From Dehalococcoidia bacterium (GTDB lineage: Bacteria > Chloroflexota > Dehalococcoidia > GIF9 > AB-539-J10), in NCBI GenBank assembly GCA_003562475.1, contig PWUU01000074.1, positions 4,175 through 68,174 on the forward strand: a stretch of DNA of 64,000 nt, given 5' to 3'. Positions 1 to 10,011 of the stretch are shown here, piece by piece. The translations under genes were made by a program, and so were the position numbers. The first letter of the stretch is position 1, and every line of letters begins with the position of its first letter. The notes beneath the pieces are model-generated. The model saw nothing but the letters and a program-made list of their open reading frames with translations, searched no databases and was not told where the DNA came from.

Positions 1-1172
1 GCGAGGCGGAGAATATACTGCCACGCCTGCTTGAGGACATGGAAAACGGACACGCTGCGCACGTCTACTCTTCACCAGAGTTGCCGGACATTGAATCGAG
101 TCCTATTCCCATGTGGTCGCTCGTACACAATCATCGCTATCACATGATGTGTCTACAGTACTCGCGTGGCTGTCCCTACAATTGCGAATTCTGCGACATC
201 GTCATCATGAACGGCCGTGTGCCGCGCACGAAGACGCGCGAGCAGGTACTGGCCGAGCTGGATGCGCTCTACCATCACGGGTGGCGAGGAGGCATCTTCT
301 TTACGGATGACAACTTCATCGGTAACAAGCAAAAGCTGAAGGCTGACGTTCTTCCGGCCATTTGCGCATGGAGCAAGTCCAGAGGATATCCATTCTGGTT
401 CCTGACCGAAGCATCGATCAACCTGGCAGACGATGATGACTTGATGCAGTCGATGGTCGAGGCGGGTTTCGACACGGTCTTCGTCGGAATCGAGAGTCCA
501 AATGAGCAAAGTCTGATCGAGTGTAACAAGATGCCCAATAAGGGTCGCGACCTTCTCGCGTCAGTCAAACGGATCCAGCATCACGGGCTCCAGGTACAAG
601 GTGGGTTCATTGTTGGGTTCGATGGCGACCCTCCCTCAATTTTCCGGAACCAGATCAACTTCATCCAGGACAGCGGCATCGTGACTGCAATGGTCGGAGT
701 GCTCATGGCTCCTCCCGGAACATCGCTTTACAAGCGACTGCAGGCCGAGAACCGTCTGTTGCAGGGAGGGACAGGCAACAACACAGACGGATCCACAAAC
801 TTCGTGCCGAAGATGGGATTGGAGGCACTGGCCAATGGTTACAGGCACGTAGTGACTACAATCTACACACCACAACACTACTACGACCGTATTCTCACGT
901 TTCTCAGGGAATACCAGCCACACGGCCCGCGTAGAGGCAATTTCAGCCCCCGCTACATACGTGCATTGCTGCGATGCATGTGGACGATCGGAATCAGGGA
1001 GAGAGGCAGAAGACACTACTGGAAGCTGTTCGGATGGACCTTGCTCAGGAAACCGCGGTGTTTTCCGCTCTTCACAACGTTTGCAGTGCAGGGCTATCAT
1101 TGCCGCAAAGTCGCAGAGGGCACGACCCGCGGAACACAGCTCCAGCCGAATGAGAGAAGACACTTCGCGTAG
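1..1172 (+). CDS. B12-binding radical SAM protein with DUF4070-type C-terminus (5' end lies outside the window)
   Basis: CxxxCxxC motif (RGCPYNCEFC), FFTDDNFIG and VFVGIES motifs. The frame is open from position 3 (EAENILPRLLED...), so the gene starts upstream. Confidence 0.9.
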   Translation, partial: EAENILPRLLEDMENGHAAHVYSSPELPDIESSPIPMWSLVHNHRYHMMCLQYSRGCPYNCEFCDIVIMNGRVPRTKTREQVLAELDALYHHGWRGGIFFTDDNFIGNKQKLKADVLPAICAWSKSRGYPFWFLTEASINLADDDDLMQSMVEAGFDTVFVGIESPNEQSLIECNKMPNKGRDLLASVKRIQHHGLQVQGGFIVGFDGDPPSIFRNQINFIQDSGIVTAMVGVLMAPPGTSLYKRLQAENRLLQGGTGNNTDGSTNFVPKMGLEALANGYRHVVTTIYTPQHYYDRILTFLREYQPHGPRRGNFSPRYIRALLRCMWTIGIRERGRRHYWKLFGWTLLRKPRCFPLFTTFAVQGYHCRKVAEGTTRGTQLQPNERRHFA

Positions 1173-1495
1173 CTGCAACCACACGTTCGTCCACGATTGA
1201 TGTAACCGCAGCGCAAAGCCGGTCGACCAGGTGATGCTGAGTTGCTTCTAGACGGCTCTCTCCTCCATTCCCCATCCCATGGGCGTTCACCGCTTACTTC
1301 GCAATCTTATGAGTACGTATGCCGAGTCCACATTCCGCGTGCGCTGCGGGAGGGATGGCAACGGCACGTCTCACCTGCCCCGACATCCTCATATTGCAGG
1401 CTGCCAAGCCGAAACAAGCGAATTCCCACGCGGGAGCAATGGGCGGCAAGTAATCGCGTGGGATCGTGCCTTTAGCACTCAGGGGAGTAGCGAAG

Positions 1496-1548
1496 TTGAC
1501 GAAGTCTCTCAGAATGTGTATTGTTGAGTACGTTAGTCAACAATACTC
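1496..1548 (+). promoter_or_regulatory. Sigma70-type promoter overlapped by a palindromic Rrf2 (IscR-type) operator
   Basis: TTGACG (1496)-N17-TATTGT. Perfect 10-bp inverted repeat GTATTGTTGA-N9-TCAACAATAC at 1518-1546, directly upstream of the Rrf2 gene. Confidence 0.75.
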
Positions 1549-1563
1549 ACTGAGGAGCTGGCA

Positions 1564-2076
1564 ATGAGACTGGGCACGCGTCCCCGATATGGAATGAGGG
1601 CACTGGTAGACATCGCTACTCATAGCAGAAACGAGCCGGTGAGACTCAAGGAGATTGCACGGCGACAGGACGTGTCTCTCTCCTACCTTGAGCATATCGT
1701 CGGACCGCTTATCTCGGGCGGCATTCTGAGGAGCACACGCGGTCCTGGTGGCGGAGTATCCCTACTGCGTCGACCGAAGGACATCCCGCTGAGGGAGGTG
1801 ATGGGACTCCTCGAGGGATCGCTCAGCACCACAGACTGCGTCATACACCCCGAGGTCTGCCCGCGATCTTCTCACTGCGCCACACGGTCGCTGTGGACCG
1901 AGCTCGCCGACGCGATGCATGCAGTTTTCGACTCGAGAACGCTTGCCGACCTGATGAGAGGTGACGATGAAAAGGCAGAAGACTCCTGCGCACCGGAATC
2001 CTTCAAGCGACTTCACAACCCGGTCTCGAGATCAGGTGTGACTGAGTTCAGCGAGACGCAGGAGAAGCAGCCGTGA
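1564..2076 (+). CDS. Rrf2 family transcriptional regulator with three-Cys Fe-S motif
   Basis: RYGMRALVDIA, LSYLEHI, LRSTRGPGGG; CVIHPEVCPRSSHC; RBS GAGGAG. Confidence 0.93.
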   Translation: MRLGTRPRYGMRALVDIATHSRNEPVRLKEIARRQDVSLSYLEHIVGPLISGGILRSTRGPGGGVSLLRRPKDIPLREVMGLLEGSLSTTDCVIHPEVCPRSSHCATRSLWTELADAMHAVFDSRTLADLMRGDDEKAEDSCAPESFKRLHNPVSRSGVTEFSETQEKQP

Positions 2077-3266
2077 AACTGACCAATATAGTTCTGAAGG
2101 ACATGCTGCGGCGTAAGCGCCGCGTAGCTCACTCTGTGTTTGGTGTGTCGATAGGCATCATGACCGTCATTGCCATGCTCACCGTGGCGAACTCCGGAGA
2201 GCAGCTTCTTCGAATGGAGCTCGAGAGATACGGGCCAAATCTGACCATTGTGCCTGCCACCGCCCGACTCGACGTAGAACTCGGCGGGTTGACCATGGGC
2301 TCCATAACGGTCGGTGAGACCATGCTCGACGAGGCTGTCCTGCCACTGATTCAAGAGGCTGCAGACGATGCAATTCGTGCCGACATGGGCATTTCGGATC
2401 CTGGCCCAATCGCGATTGTGGCGCCGCGATTGTACCTTCCTGCGACCATGGATGATCGCAGCGTGACAGTAGTGGGAGTAGCGCCGAGTGAGGAGAGGGC
2501 GATCCGTGTCTGGTGGGATTATTCCGATGGAGGACACCTTCAAGAATCCGATGATCTCGTCGCAGGCGCGGTGGCGGCCAAATCGCTCGGCCTGGTGGCT
2601 GGCGACACGGTCAGCATTTCCGGTCACGAGTATCACGTCGCCGGTGTGCTGGGAGAGAGCGGATCCAACGACGACTTCCTGCTGTTCGTCCCGCTCGCAA
2701 CACTTCAGGAGACATCCGGACAAGGCCCGGTGGTGTCCACAGTAGACGTACGGGCACTCTGCACCGGTTGTCCCGTGGAGAGGATTGCGCACGCGCTCAC
2801 GACGGATATCCCCGGTCTCCACGCGGTGGCCGTCCGTCAGGTAGCAGAAGCGGAACTGGGGATGTGGCACAGCATGCGCGCCATAGTGCTCATGCTCGCA
2901 ACGGTGACGTTGCTCGTCGGATTGTTCGGCGTAACGAATGCTATGTCGGCCATGGTTGCGGAGCGTAGAAAGGACATTGGGATTATGAGGGCCGTCGGAG
3001 CATCCCGACGCCAGATACTGTCGATGTTCCTGCAGGAAGCCTTCCTGCTGGGATTACTGGGAGGAATCGGCGGCTACCTGGCCGGAGTGGCGCTCGCGAC
3101 CGTCGTCGGCCCGCTGATTCTCGGCGGCGCAATGGTGACCCCGGTGCTCGAATACGTGCTACTCGCAATCGGCCTGGCTGCAGCCATTTCAATGATTGCG
3201 GCGCTGCATCCCGCACTCACGGCCTCTCGCATGAGGGTAGCAGACTCCGTGAGAACCTCTTCCTAG
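2073..3266 (+). CDS. ABC transporter permease, MacB/FtsX family
   Basis: One N-terminal TM, large extracytoplasmic domain, ERRKDIGIMRAVGAS motif, three C-terminal TMs; extracytoplasmic ALCTGCP motif; GTGA overlap with the Rrf2 gene. Confidence 0.92.
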   Translation: MKLTNIVLKDMLRRKRRVAHSVFGVSIGIMTVIAMLTVANSGEQLLRMELERYGPNLTIVPATARLDVELGGLTMGSITVGETMLDEAVLPLIQEAADDAIRADMGISDPGPIAIVAPRLYLPATMDDRSVTVVGVAPSEERAIRVWWDYSDGGHLQESDDLVAGAVAAKSLGLVAGDTVSISGHEYHVAGVLGESGSNDDFLLFVPLATLQETSGQGPVVSTVDVRALCTGCPVERIAHALTTDIPGLHAVAVRQVAEAELGMWHSMRAIVLMLATVTLLVGLFGVTNAMSAMVAERRKDIGIMRAVGASRRQILSMFLQEAFLLGLLGGIGGYLAGVALATVVGPLILGGAMVTPVLEYVLLAIGLAAAISMIAALHPALTASRMRVADSVRTSS

Positions 3267-3279
3267 GGAGTGTGACCAC

Positions 3280-4062
3280 ATGCTCGAGTTGAAGTGTGTA
3301 TCGCGCATTTATGGTGAGGGGGATGCCCGGGTCGTGGCACTCGATCGTGTATCGCTGAAGGTCGAACCGGGCCAGTTTCTGTCCATCATGGGACCATCCG
3401 GCAGCGGCAAGTCAACGTTGCTGAACGTCATGGGTGGAGTCGACCGCATCACTGGTGGAGAGATACTGTTCGACGATCAGCGCTTCGACCTCCTGTCTGA
3501 AGAGGAGTTGACCACATTTCGCCGTAATCGCCTCGCGTACGTGTTCCAGCAGTATCACCTGGTCCCCTCACTGACCGTTATTGAGAATGTGGCTCTCCCG
3601 ATCGTCTTTCGAGCAGCTGGCCGCGATATTACACGCACCTGGCAGATGCTCGAACGCGTGGGACTGAAGCATCGAGCTTCTCACCGCCCTTCAGAGCTGA
3701 GTGGTGGCGAACAGCAGCGTGTGGCTATTGCGAGAGCCCTGGTGAACAATCCGGCACTCATACTGGCCGACGAGCCCACGGGGAACCTCGATCAGGCATC
3801 GGGCAGACAGATTATGAGGCTTTTCACGGAACTGAACGATGAAGGACGGGCAGTGGTGATGGTCACGCACAACCTGCAGCTTGCACAATGCGCACGTGAA
3901 ATCGTCGAGTTGACCGACGGGCGTGTCGTCTCACGTTCCAAGGTCTTTGACAGGATGCTGCCGCCTCTGCGAGGCGTCGATAATCAAATGGCGGATGCTC
4001 CTCCCGGACTCTCTGATGATACTATAATGGGCGTGCCGCCTCAAGGAGGTAATCACATATGA
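3280..4062 (+). CDS. ABC transporter ATP-binding protein (LolD/MacB type)
   Basis: Walker [25 protein letters not shown] signature, Walker [12 protein letters not shown]. Confidence 0.95.
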   Translation: MLELKCVSRIYGEGDARVVALDRVSLKVEPGQFLSIMGPSGSGKSTLLNVMGGVDRITGGEILFDDQRFDLLSEEELTTFRRNRLAYVFQQYHLVPSLTVIENVALPIVFRAAGRDITRTWQMLERVGLKHRASHRPSELSGGEQQRVAIARALVNNPALILADEPTGNLDQASGRQIMRLFTELNDEGRAVVMVTHNLQLAQCAREIVELTDGRVVSRSKVFDRMLPPLRGVDNQMADAPPGLSDDTIMGVPPQGGNHI

Positions 4063-4727
4063 CAATTCGACACCTGTTGCTGTTGCTCGCCATACCGCTG
4101 CTGGCCATCACAGCCGGATGCAGCGAGATCATGGGTCTGATCGAGCAGAGTCCCCCTCCACCGGTAGTGGAGGAGCCGGCAGGTGTTCCCGGTGGCGAAG
4201 AGAACGAGGAGAACGAAGAGGACACAATATCCCCTGCCACACCTGACGAGAGCGAGTTCACCGGCATATCAGAACGAACCAACTCCAAACACGTGTGGGC
4301 AGAACCCCTGGTCGACGATACCACAGTAACGATCCTCCGGTCGGTGGCACAGATGTCTGACCATGTATATTTCGAGATACCTTACGACGGCGGAACGGCC
4401 CGGTTCATCGGTCATTTCGTGGACAGGGCATTCCTCGTCCGGGCAGCCGTCTGTCCCCACTGCCGTGAGGAATCCGTTCAATGGCGTCCGGATATCCTGA
4501 TCTGTGACTCCTGCGACACGAGGTTTGACCCGGTAACTGGTATCGCCAAGGATGAGGCACGAGACTATCCGGTGGGATGGATTATGACCTCGCTATTCTC
4601 TGAGCGAATTGTCATGGTTCTCGATGACCTGCAGGTCGCCTATCAACGCACAGCCTCCGGTGAAGAGAGACTGTTCGAGGGGCGGCGGGATCTCCCATCG
4701 CCACTTCAATGCGCCGGGTGTCGCTGA
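4059..4727 (+). CDS. Lipoprotein with DUF2318-like Cys-rich (putative Fe-S/metal) domain
   Basis: Lipobox ITAGC, Pro/Glu-rich linker, VRAAVCPHC and LICDSCDTRFD, C-terminal CAGC; paralogous to 4920..5402. Confidence 0.7.
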   Translation: MTIRHLLLLLAIPLLAITAGCSEIMGLIEQSPPPPVVEEPAGVPGGEENEENEEDTISPATPDESEFTGISERTNSKHVWAEPLVDDTTVTILRSVAQMSDHVYFEIPYDGGTARFIGHFVDRAFLVRAAVCPHCREESVQWRPDILICDSCDTRFDPVTGIAKDEARDYPVGWIMTSLFSERIVMVLDDLQVAYQRTASGEERLFEGRRDLPSPLQCAGCR

Positions 4728-4919
4728 CGACTCGGAATCGGAAAGCCTGAAGCCCCTCAATCTGTCTGCACTGACGCTGCGTGGCAAACGGTCGCTGCAC
4801 AACTCTCGCCAAAGCCACCAGAGTGCGGCAGCCAGACTCCTCAGCCAGGCCGTTACGGATCGACTCACCAACGATTCACAGTTGCCGTTCCATTTTCTGC
4901 AGTAAGGGAGGTAGTATTC

Positions 4920-5402
4920 GTGAAACGATACAGCAGTCGGATTATCGTCTTGCTTATAGCAACACTGGCCGTGTTTCTCACTGCGTGCGCATCGACCGTG
5001 CCACAAACCGAACCCATACCCGGAACTTGGGTGGACGTGCAGGTGGACGGTGACTCTGCAAAAGTACCACTTACCATGGTCGAGCAGCACCGTAACCTGC
5101 ATTTCGACATCGAATACGAGGGGAGTTCGCTCGCTTTCATGGCATACATTCTCGACGACAGAATACAGGTCAGGGCAAATGCGTGCCCGCCGTGCCGCTC
5201 GCGTGGATTCACGCTTGACGGCAATGTCCTGGACTGCGATGCCTGTCACACACTGTTTGACGCCAGGGACGGCACCGGAATTGAAGGGGCCTGCGTCGAC
5301 TATCCGAAGGCTGCGGTTCACTACAGGATGACTGCTGGCAACATAGTGATGTCACTGGCAGATCTCGTTGATGCCCACAATGAGACCCTCATACCAGGCT
5401 GA
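4920..5402 (+). CDS. DUF2318-family lipoprotein (putative Fe-S/metal binding)
   Basis: Lipobox LTAC; VRANACPPC, LDCDACHTLFD, GACVDYP; RBS GGGAGG. Confidence 0.8.
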   Translation: MKRYSSRIIVLLIATLAVFLTACASTVPQTEPIPGTWVDVQVDGDSAKVPLTMVEQHRNLHFDIEYEGSSLAFMAYILDDRIQVRANACPPCRSRGFTLDGNVLDCDACHTLFDARDGTGIEGACVDYPKAAVHYRMTAGNIVMSLADLVDAHNETLIPG

Positions 5403-5559
5403 GAAAATCGGGCTGTTTCAGACTGAATGCCGCGGCGATTCATGGAGTCTTAACAATTGCCTGTTAGCATCGCAAAGTAACGGAGGCAGGCGGCGTGATG
5501 CGCCCGCGCAAGCGCATCCCGTTCGCGCAGGAACCGAACGAGAGGAGGACCAGGTGGAC

Positions 5560-5751
5560 ATGTACGCGAGTGGGCTATACACCGTTGGCGGTCTGATGAT
5601 GATGCTCTTCCTGTCCGCCTGTGCGGCCAAGGGAGACAATGCGAGCGAGGGACCGACTCCGTCCATTCAGGACAGGCTTGCGACGGAAGCCATACCCGTA
5701 ACTGAAAGGGACAGTCGCCGTCACAACGACAGCATACCTCTCGCAGGTTGA
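5560..5751 (+). CDS. Small putative lipoprotein (possibly a remnant)
   Basis: RBS GAGGAGG, hydrophobic stretch with lipobox LSAC; last ORF before the operon terminator. Confidence 0.45.
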   Translation: MYASGLYTVGGLMMMLFLSACAAKGDNASEGPTPSIQDRLATEAIPVTERDSRRHNDSIPLAG

Positions 5752-5778
5752 TCACAGACGCCGGGTTACTAACGACCC

Positions 5779-5817
5779 CCGCCGGGTGGCACTCTGAGTG
5801 CCACCCGGCGGCGTTTT
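5779..5817 (+). terminator. Intrinsic terminator of the Rrf2-ABC operon
   Basis: Perfect inverted repeat CGCCGGGTGGCACTC-T-GAGTGCCACCCGGCG followed by GCGTTTT. Confidence 0.75.
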
Positions 5818-6044
5818 GGAAAGCCACCCCTCCGACACACGTCCTGCGGCGAAGCGGCGAGGGTTGGTAACAACGCTGATACGACTCATCGCAAGCGGCT
5901 CCTCTTGACACCCACCGGCCCCATGTCTATAGTCAGTTCGTCCGCGGCCAGCCGGCCGCCACACCCACCAGCATAATAGCTCCAGGATTGATAACCCTTG
6001 AAGGGATGCGAGCCTGCCTCAATCTTCGTGAAGGATTAGATGTC

Positions 6045-6389
6045 GTGATAGCTCGGGCTGCAGTGATATGGGGCGCCATTGGCCTGATCATCGCCCTCAT
6101 CATCGATTTTGTCACCCCTCCCAACGCACATCTCTGGCTCTACGCAGGATTCGGATTCCTTGCCGGAGGAGGCTCATGGGGCCTCAATGAGGTGCGCCGC
6201 ATCCCCCAGGGGCTGGTCGTCGGCGCCATCTTCGGATTTGTAGTGGGCTTCATCGATGGAACGATGATGGCCGCAGCGACCTCCCCCGGGACTCTTAACC
6301 CCACACCATTCATCGTCCTCAAGTACACTGCGACGGCAGGGCTATTCGCTTTTCTGGCGGTGCTGCCGTGGACATTGCGGTCGCTGTGA
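6045..6389 (+). CDS. Small Gly-rich hypothetical membrane protein (about 4 TM)
   Basis: Four hydrophobic Gly-rich segments; AAGGA upstream of the GTG; start uncertain. Confidence 0.65.
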   Translation: MIARAAVIWGAIGLIIALIIDFVTPPNAHLWLYAGFGFLAGGGSWGLNEVRRIPQGLVVGAIFGFVVGFIDGTMMAAATSPGTLNPTPFIVLKYTATAGLFAFLAVLPWTLRSL

Positions 6390-6438
6390 GTCACGTCTCG
6401 TTGTGATCGGGAACGCCAGCCCGGTTCAACAGTGCCGG

Positions 6439-7434
6439 CTATAGGTACAGCGGCTCGATAACCGAGCCCAGATTCTTCCGTTCTGCAACCTCGAACGCCT
6501 TCCAGGCGGTGACGACATCCTGGATGGCAAGGCCCGTGGTATCGAAGACCGTGATGGCACGATCGTCGGTGCGTCCGGGCTTGAGGCCGGCGGCGATCTC
6601 GGGCAACTCTGCATACACGCCTGAACGGTCGAATTGTCCACGACTCACCGGCACGTTGATCTCGCCGGCATGGCTGGCCTGCTCCCAGTCGTCGACAACC
6701 ACTACCGCGCGTTTCAGGATGGTCGCCTCTATCTCCTGCTTCCCTTTGGCGTAGGTGCCGACGCAATTGATGTGCATGCCATCATGCACCCACTCCTCCC
6801 TGACAATAGGGCGATCGCTGGGTGTCGCCGTCACAAGTACGTCACAACCACGAACTACCTCTTCCACCGTTTCACACACTCGCGCAGCGAGTCCGAATCC
6901 TGCTGCCATATCCGCCAGCTTCTTCGCCCGCTCGGGGATCAGGTCAGTCACCAGCACCATCTCCACAGCCATCACGTGCCTGACTGCTTCAAGTTGAAAC
7001 GGCCCCTGAAAACCCGCGCCTACGATTCCCAGCACGCTGGCATCCTTCCTGGCTAGAAGCTTTGTCGCCACTCCAGAAACCGCACCGGTCCGCATGCCGG
7101 TAACGTACGTGCCGTCCATGATGCACACCGGCTCGCCGGTGTCAGGACTGATGAGCACGATGGTGGCGATAAGCGTGGGAAGGTTGTAATCCGCCGGATT
7201 GCGGGTGTGGACGTTGATAAGCTTGACCGCGGCCTCGTTCATCTGCGGCAGGTTGCCCGGCATGATGAGCAGCACACCCTGGTGCGCAGGAAAGTGCAGG
7301 TAGCTCTTTGGCGGCATCTCGGTACGTCCAAGCCCTCGCTCGACAAACGCCTGTTCTATAAGTGCCAGTACGTCCCTCATGTCGAGTGTCCCATTCAGAT
7401 CGCTCGCTCTCAGCATACGGAGTTTTCTGGCCAT
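6439..7434 (-). CDS. Ornithine cyclodeaminase/mu-crystallin family (archaeal-type alanine dehydrogenase-like)
   Basis: MPPKSYL, TGMRTGAVSGVAT, GIVGAGFQG, TVFDTTGLAIQD. Confidence 0.92.
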   Translation of the reverse strand: MARKLRMLRASDLNGTLDMRDVLALIEQAFVERGLGRTEMPPKSYLHFPAHQGVLLIMPGNLPQMNEAAVKLINVHTRNPADYNLPTLIATIVLISPDTGEPVCIMDGTYVTGMRTGAVSGVATKLLARKDASVLGIVGAGFQGPFQLEAVRHVMAVEMVLVTDLIPERAKKLADMAAGFGLAARVCETVEEVVRGCDVLVTATPSDRPIVREEWVHDGMHINCVGTYAKGKQEIEATILKRAVVVVDDWEQASHAGEINVPVSRGQFDRSGVYAELPEIAAGLKPGRTDDRAITVFDTTGLAIQDVVTAWKAFEVAERKNLGSVIEPLYL

Positions 7435-7656
7435 CCTGACTGTTCTCCTCTTCTCGCCGGCTGTGATAAGTCATAGTCTATCAATGCACGATTGCCGGGT
7501 CAGCGTCCTGCGCTGTCGCACGGAGTGGAACAGGCCAGCCTGCTCTCCACCCGGGCTTTCCTCTACGGCATGCGTCTTTGTCACTGTGTGCCTCGACACG
7601 GTAGACTACGTCTCCGTGCATTGACGCACGAATGTGAACCATGCGGGAGGAAGAGA

Positions 7657-8154
7657 ATGTCGAAGTCCGAAGACTACTTGAATCAAGCGTTCGCGGGGGA
7701 GTCACAGGCGAATCGCAAGTATCTCGCATTTGCGAAGGCAGCCGATGACGAAGGCTACGGGCAGGTCGCGCGCCTGTTCAGAGCGGCAGCCGAGGCAGAG
7801 ACCGTGCATGCCCACAACCACTTGAGGACACTGAAGGGCATCCGCAGCACAAAGGAAAACTTGCAGGAGGCGATCTCCGGAGAGAATTACGAATTCACGC
7901 ACATGTACCCCGAGATGATCGAGGCCGCGAAGTCCGAGGGGAACAGCGAAGCGCAGCAGACCTTCCACTATGCGAATGAAGTGGAGAAGGTCCACGCCAG
8001 ACTGTTCGAGAGCGCGCTGAACTCTCTTGGGGAGAAGTGCGAGACCTACGTGTACTATGTCTGCCCGGTGTGCGGGTTCACGTCAGAAATGGAAGCGCCT
8101 TCCTCATGCCCCATCTGTGGCACACCGGGGCGCATGTTCAAGAAGATAGACTGA
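7657..8154 (+). CDS. Rubrerythrin family protein
   Basis: AFAGESQANRKY, AEAETVHA, EKVHA, C-terminal CPVCG/CPICG rubredoxin domain; RBS GGAGG before ATG 7657. Confidence 0.95.
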   Translation: MSKSEDYLNQAFAGESQANRKYLAFAKAADDEGYGQVARLFRAAAEAETVHAHNHLRTLKGIRSTKENLQEAISGENYEFTHMYPEMIEAAKSEGNSEAQQTFHYANEVEKVHARLFESALNSLGEKCETYVYYVCPVCGFTSEMEAPSSCPICGTPGRMFKKID

Positions 8155-8205
8155 CCACCAGCTATAAGATGGCGGAAAGAGGCTGCCCGCATGCTCGGCG
8201 GGCCG

Positions 8206-8607
8206 CTATTTCGATGGCTCGAGCAATCTGCGCGGGCGTCTTCCAAAGTGGTAGATCGCAGCTCCAATGACAAACGTGAGCACGATGGCCAGTACCCAGA
8301 CCAGCTTGCCCATGCCGTCGCTTGGCTCGTTGAGAAGACAGTCCGCCAGCACGCTCACCCAGAATATGAACCCCGCTAACACCACGGCGACCACGAACAA
8401 TACCAGCATTTCACTCCACGGTTCACGTTGGATCCCGATCGCCACACCGAGCATAATCAGGTACGTGGTCCCGACCAGCATCACAAGTATGGTAAGGCTG
8501 CGCACCATCCAGGTCCTGGCCCGCCTTACACCCATCACACCCAGCACGATAAGCACGACGCCTGCAGCTATCATCGCAGTCAACACCAGTACTCCCAGTA
8601 TCGTCAC
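8206..8607 (-). CDS. Membrane protein with PLDc N-terminal-like domain
   Basis: Multiple TMs; FWVSVLADC...KLVWVLAIVL...GAAIY pattern; RBS GAGG. Confidence 0.75.
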   Translation of the reverse strand: MTILGVLVLTAMIAAGVVLIVLGVMGVRRARTWMVRSLTILVMLVGTTYLIMLGVAIGIQREPWSEMLVLFVVAVVLAGFIFWVSVLADCLLNEPSDGMGKLVWVLAIVLTFVIGAAIYHFGRRPRRLLEPSK

Positions 8608-9036
8608 TGCAACCTCCTCTGTGACATGATTGGTGGAACCGCATCAGGACTTGTGTTCGGGTCAGTATACCTGTGCGAGTACGTCAGTGACCACCTCAGT
8701 CAAGTATCCTGGCCCATGCATGGCGTTTCCTGCCAGTCCTGCCTGATGCAGCGGAGCACACCATCCACCGGCAATAGCGCCCGGGCATCCGGATCAAGAG
8801 CCGGTCGAGATAGGTACGTCAATTCCGGAGTCTTACGGAGGACGTTGAGGCTCATACCTTCCGAATGGCGTTTCTCACAACCTCAACACAAGATGCGAGT
8901 CACCGGCGCAACTGTCCGGCGCCACGCGCGCACCAGCGTAGAGAGGAACAACTCACCGTAGAGCGCCAGGTCACGTGTTCAGTTCCGGTCGGCACTACGC
9001 TTGACCTGACGAAAAGGCACGCCAGGAGACCCCGGC

Positions 9037-9177
9037 TCAGGATATCGCTCCGCACAGACTGCGATCGCCTGCTGTCCCCGCGCCAAACCAGAGGACTGCG
9101 GCCACAGCGAGCACAATGGCTACCACAATCACTACGGTCCACTCCACTCTGCTCAGCCGGATCCATCCCCACTTCAT
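9037..9177 (-). CDS. Small single-TM protein (46 aa, below the ORF-track cutoff)
   Basis: MKWGWIRLSRVEWTVVIVVAIVLAVAAVLWFGAGTAGDRSLCGAIS*; RBS GGAG upstream. Confidence 0.5.
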   Translation of the reverse strand: MKWGWIRLSRVEWTVVIVVAIVLAVAAVLWFGAGTAGDRSLCGAIS

Positions 9178-9596
9178 CGATTCACTCCGTAATCCCATCA
9201 CTGCTACTTACCTGATCAGGTGCGTCGCCAGGAGGGTATTCCGTCAGCCAGAATACTCGCGACGATCCTATCTGGACACCACCTCAGTGAATCCAAGTGG
9301 CCGCGCCAATCCTTTCTGCACAAGGCGAGCCTCCTTGAACCTGCCGATGACAATGTGCATCCTGTTCCATCCGCTGATGCCCGTCAGTATGTCTCTCGGT
9401 CCAGCTTCTCACACCTGAAGAGTGCCAGCCACAAGCTCACAGTTGCGCTCCCTGACCCTATTCTACAACGGTTCGCGTCAGCAGTTCATGGTTTTCGCAC
9501 AACCTTCGTGCCATAGCACCATCCAGGGCTTCCCACGCCGACTCCATCGGGCTAGAATGAAGACTGTTCACCACAATGCCCGAGGGGGAAGCCGCC

Positions 9597-9956
9597 ATGA
9601 TGAAGATTATCGCGCTCGTCTACCGCAAACCCGGCACCAGGTCCGAGCAGTTTCTTTCTTACTGGCTTAGTACACACGGGCCACTGATGTTACGCCTTAC
9701 CCCGGGACTGTTACACTACACCCAGAACGTGCCGGTGCAGCCAACCGGTTCCGATGACGACGCCGACGGCATCTCGGAACTGTGGTTCGATGACATGGAT
9801 GCACTGCAGGACTATCTTGAATGGCGTGACTCCCCGGAAGCTGCAGAACTGAGGCAGGACGAGGAACGCTTTCAGGATACGCGGCGCACCCGTCGCTATA
9901 TCGTCGAGGAGCACGTTTTCAAGCTCCCCGGACCAAGAGGGGCGCTGCCGGGATAA
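9597..9956 (+). CDS. EthD family protein
   Basis: KIIALVYRKPG...F..YW...HGPL, DGISELWFD, DEERF. Confidence 0.88.
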   Translation: MMKIIALVYRKPGTRSEQFLSYWLSTHGPLMLRLTPGLLHYTQNVPVQPTGSDDDADGISELWFDDMDALQDYLEWRDSPEAAELRQDEERFQDTRRTRRYIVEEHVFKLPGPRGALPG

Positions 9957-10011
9957 TGCACTTATTCCCGGCCGTCTCCAGGCCGCACAGCATCGGGTAA
10001 CCGTAACGGGA

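Noticed and set aside
5749-5778. Active Sec insertion at TGA with a SECIS hairpin
   Set aside because: Readthrough adds only SQTPGY before TAA, with no redox motif.
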